In this document: positions 28,301-29,124 of the stretch, in pieces
Position numbering within the stretch: the first letter of the stretch is position 1
Layout: the number at the start of each line of letters is the position of its first letter
Source: Actinomycetota bacterium
GTDB taxonomy: Bacteria; Actinomycetota; Actinomycetes; Nanopelagicales; Nanopelagicaceae
DNA length: 29,124 bases
Assembly: GCA_947503395.1 (NCBI GenBank)
Contig: CANNDP010000001.1
Coordinates: forward strand, 1-29,124
Direction: 5' to 3'
Notes under the pieces: model-generated
The model's database searches: none
The model's input: only the letters and a program-made list of their open reading frames with translations
Told to the model about the DNA's origin: nothing
Made by a program: the position numbers and the translations under genes

Positions 28301-28906
28301 AAGTTGTCTTCTTAGCTCATTGGTGAGATCTTGCACTCTAGACATATTGCCTTGCATCGAATCTAATTTTCGAAGTGCTTTCTCTTTTCGCTTCCTATGT
28401 TTTAATATTCCAGCAGCTTCCTCAATAAATCCTCTGCGCTCCTCAGGATTTGCTGTGAGGATGGCATCAAGTTGCCCCTGACCGACGATGACGTGCATCT
28501 CGCGTCCGATGCCACTATCACTTAATAGCTCTTGAATATCTAGTAGGCGAGCTGATTCACCATTTATTTGATAATCGCTCTGACCATTTCGAAATAAAGT
28601 TCTTGAAATCGTAACTTCGCTAAATTCAATTGGTAGTGCGCCATCTGCGTTATCGATAGTGACTGATACTTCTGCTCGTCCCAGGGGCGCTCTTCCTGAA
28701 GTTCCAGCAAAGATGACATCTTCCATCTTTCCACCGCGCAGGCTCTTTGCTCCCTGCTCGCCCATTACCCAAGAGAGAGCATCAACGACATTGCTCTTGC
28801 CCGAACCATTTGGTCCCACCACGCAGGTGATCCCAGGCTCGAACTTCAAGGTCGTTGGAGCGGCAAAGGACTTAAAGCCCTTAAGGGTCATGCTCTTTAA
28901 ATACAC
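25361..28906 (-). CDS. smc: Chromosome segregation protein SMC
   Basis: GFKSF, GPNGSGKSN (Walker A), coiled coils, hinge (IRGSLASLL..AVTNALG), LSGGE, YVLDEVEAALD. Confidence 0.97.
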   Translation of the reverse strand: MYLKSMTLKGFKSFAAPTTLKFEPGITCVVGPNGSGKSNVVDALSWVMGEQGAKSLRGGKMEDVIFAGTSGRAPLGRAEVSVTIDNADGALPIEFSEVTISRTLFRNGQSDYQINGESARLLDIQELLSDSGIGREMHVIVGQGQLDAILTANPEERRGFIEEAAGILKHRKRKEKALRKLDSMQGNMSRVQDLTNELRRQLRPLGKQAEVARKAAVIQADVRDAKLRILADDLIAFNSTLSLEVADETALRQRRSEVDQELEQLRKREIELDQIAAIQGPELASAQNNYYSLTAQKEKLRGTQNLASERARFLAEEAEEARASGRDPEALDAEAKVLRGEESALQGSSDKARAELVAASNSVTQLEARLKGEEDRVAAAQRALADYREGTARQEGHIKSLQSRIDGAGSEISRLESALTGAKARVAESKVEFARLESEIAGLDAGELGLDAEFEKAKALLNSSKANLEKLRSDLSLAERARAASEAKIDALRQATLHKDGSGALLTNDQGIVIRGSLASLLTVEPGWQSAVTNALGSLANALVLQDLNQVISAITFLKSKSAGSAELLFISEGDSRPVIEIPSGLTPLASKISSATLNSILPALFSGLVAAESLSQASQIIASNPSLIAVTPDGDLVGRGRASGGSSARTSLIEISEMIEKAEIELQRHGHDCDRIHFDISTAETKLRSDQLTYDQALARLNESDAAMAALAEQMAAASQGVKSASGEVERLEKLISELKHALDSDLSELNTARSEFEKSSEPLEPELSTLENLRATLATARAVEVEARLALRTIEERVAAISQRARDLELAASNERQAASNNIARRAARARGAVTAQAIADAAYEALIQIESSISRANSERERLELARSNRDGEILSIRQAIRDLSVELDQLTSSVHRDEIARAEQRLRIEQLEIKAMEEFGVDSSSLVNEYGPDKPVPTFIEDDAGNLSQGEFIPYVRQEQEKRLAGAEKSLALLGKINPLALEEFSSLEERLKYLADQLEDLKKSKKDLLDIIKSVDDKVQEIFEEAFRDTAREFEKIFARLFPGGEGRLLLTDPSDLLNSGVDVEARPPGKRIKRLSLLSGGERSLTAVALLVAIFKARPSPFYVLDEVEAALDDTNLGRLLSVLEELRQASQLIIITHQKRTMEIGDTLYGVSMRGDGVSEVISQRLREIETEPA

Positions 28907-28912
28907 GGGTAG

Positions 28913-28918
28913 AACCTA
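28913..28918 (-). promoter_or_regulatory. -10 hexamer TAGGTT, 6 nt before smc GTG (leaderless-type)
   Basis: Minus strand reads TAGGTT-CTACCC-GTG. Confidence 0.55.
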
Positions 28919-28945
28919 TCGGGTGAGCCCGCGCACGCTCGGGTT

Positions 28946-29124
28946 TTACCCCCGCTTAGGGCTGACTTTTTTTCTAATCTTCTTTTTTCCCGCTTTCTTC
29001 AAGGGAGATTTGCTCTGGCATTGCGGACAAAAATGTGACGAGCGGTTTGCGAAAGCAATCCTGCGAATCTCGCAGCCACATCTAGAACAGGGCTCATTCT
29101 CCTGGCCATATGCCTCAAGCTCAA
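28946..29124 (-). CDS. mutM: Formamidopyrimidine-DNA glycosylase (3' end only; starts beyond the right edge)
   Basis: Not in the ORF track; translated by hand: [58 protein letters not shown]. Fpg zinc finger (YG..PCxxC..NRS..FCPxCQ) in the usual mutM-smc position. Confidence 0.88.
   Translation of the reverse strand, partial: ELEAYGQENEPCSRCGCEIRRIAFANRSSHFCPQCQSKSPLKKAGKKKIRKKVSPKRG

Noticed and set aside
28921-28945. GC-rich weak hairpin between mutM and smc
   Set aside because: Only a 4-bp clean stem and no U-tract, so it cannot be supported as a terminator.

Overview
A gene-dense stretch of core chromosome (roughly mid-40s % GC by eye) from a streamlined actinobacterium. Gene content, order and compactness fit freshwater acI / 'Ca. 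Nanopelagicales', which is an inference. There are 30 CDS, two cut by the window edges: a PimB'-like glycosyltransferase, an NlpC/P60 (RipC-like) hydrolase, a 77-aa 4-Cys protein, a RibD-C/DHFR-fold protein, an EamA transporter, DUF3000, RNase D, an orphan EfeU/FTR1 iron permease, fadA-fadB, dxs, acnA, an RlmD/TrmA-like methyltransferase, a trkA pair, DUF3159-dut-PaaI, DUF3093, DUF4193, rpsP-khpA-rimM-trmD, ffh, amt-glnK, ftsY, smc and the 3' end of mutM. I found no mobile element, CRISPR array, tRNA or rRNA. The most interesting signals are regulatory. (1) An exact RecA-NDp/PafBC-type promoter (TGTCAGTG-N8-TATCGT) sits on the uncharacterised 4-Cys gene directly upstream of the cell-wall hydrolase and glycosyltransferase, making a candidate DNA-damage-to-cell-envelope module. 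(2) 15 of 29 visible starts have a TANNNT box 6-8 nt upstream, which implies pervasive leaderless mRNA. (3) Perfect palindromes overlap the fadAB and efeU promoters. (4) GlnR-like boxes precede amt-glnK, and glnD is missing from the locus. Several conserved actinobacterial neighbours are also missing, and MutM carries a Lys/Arg-rich tail. Family names come from motif recognition and recall, not from database searches.
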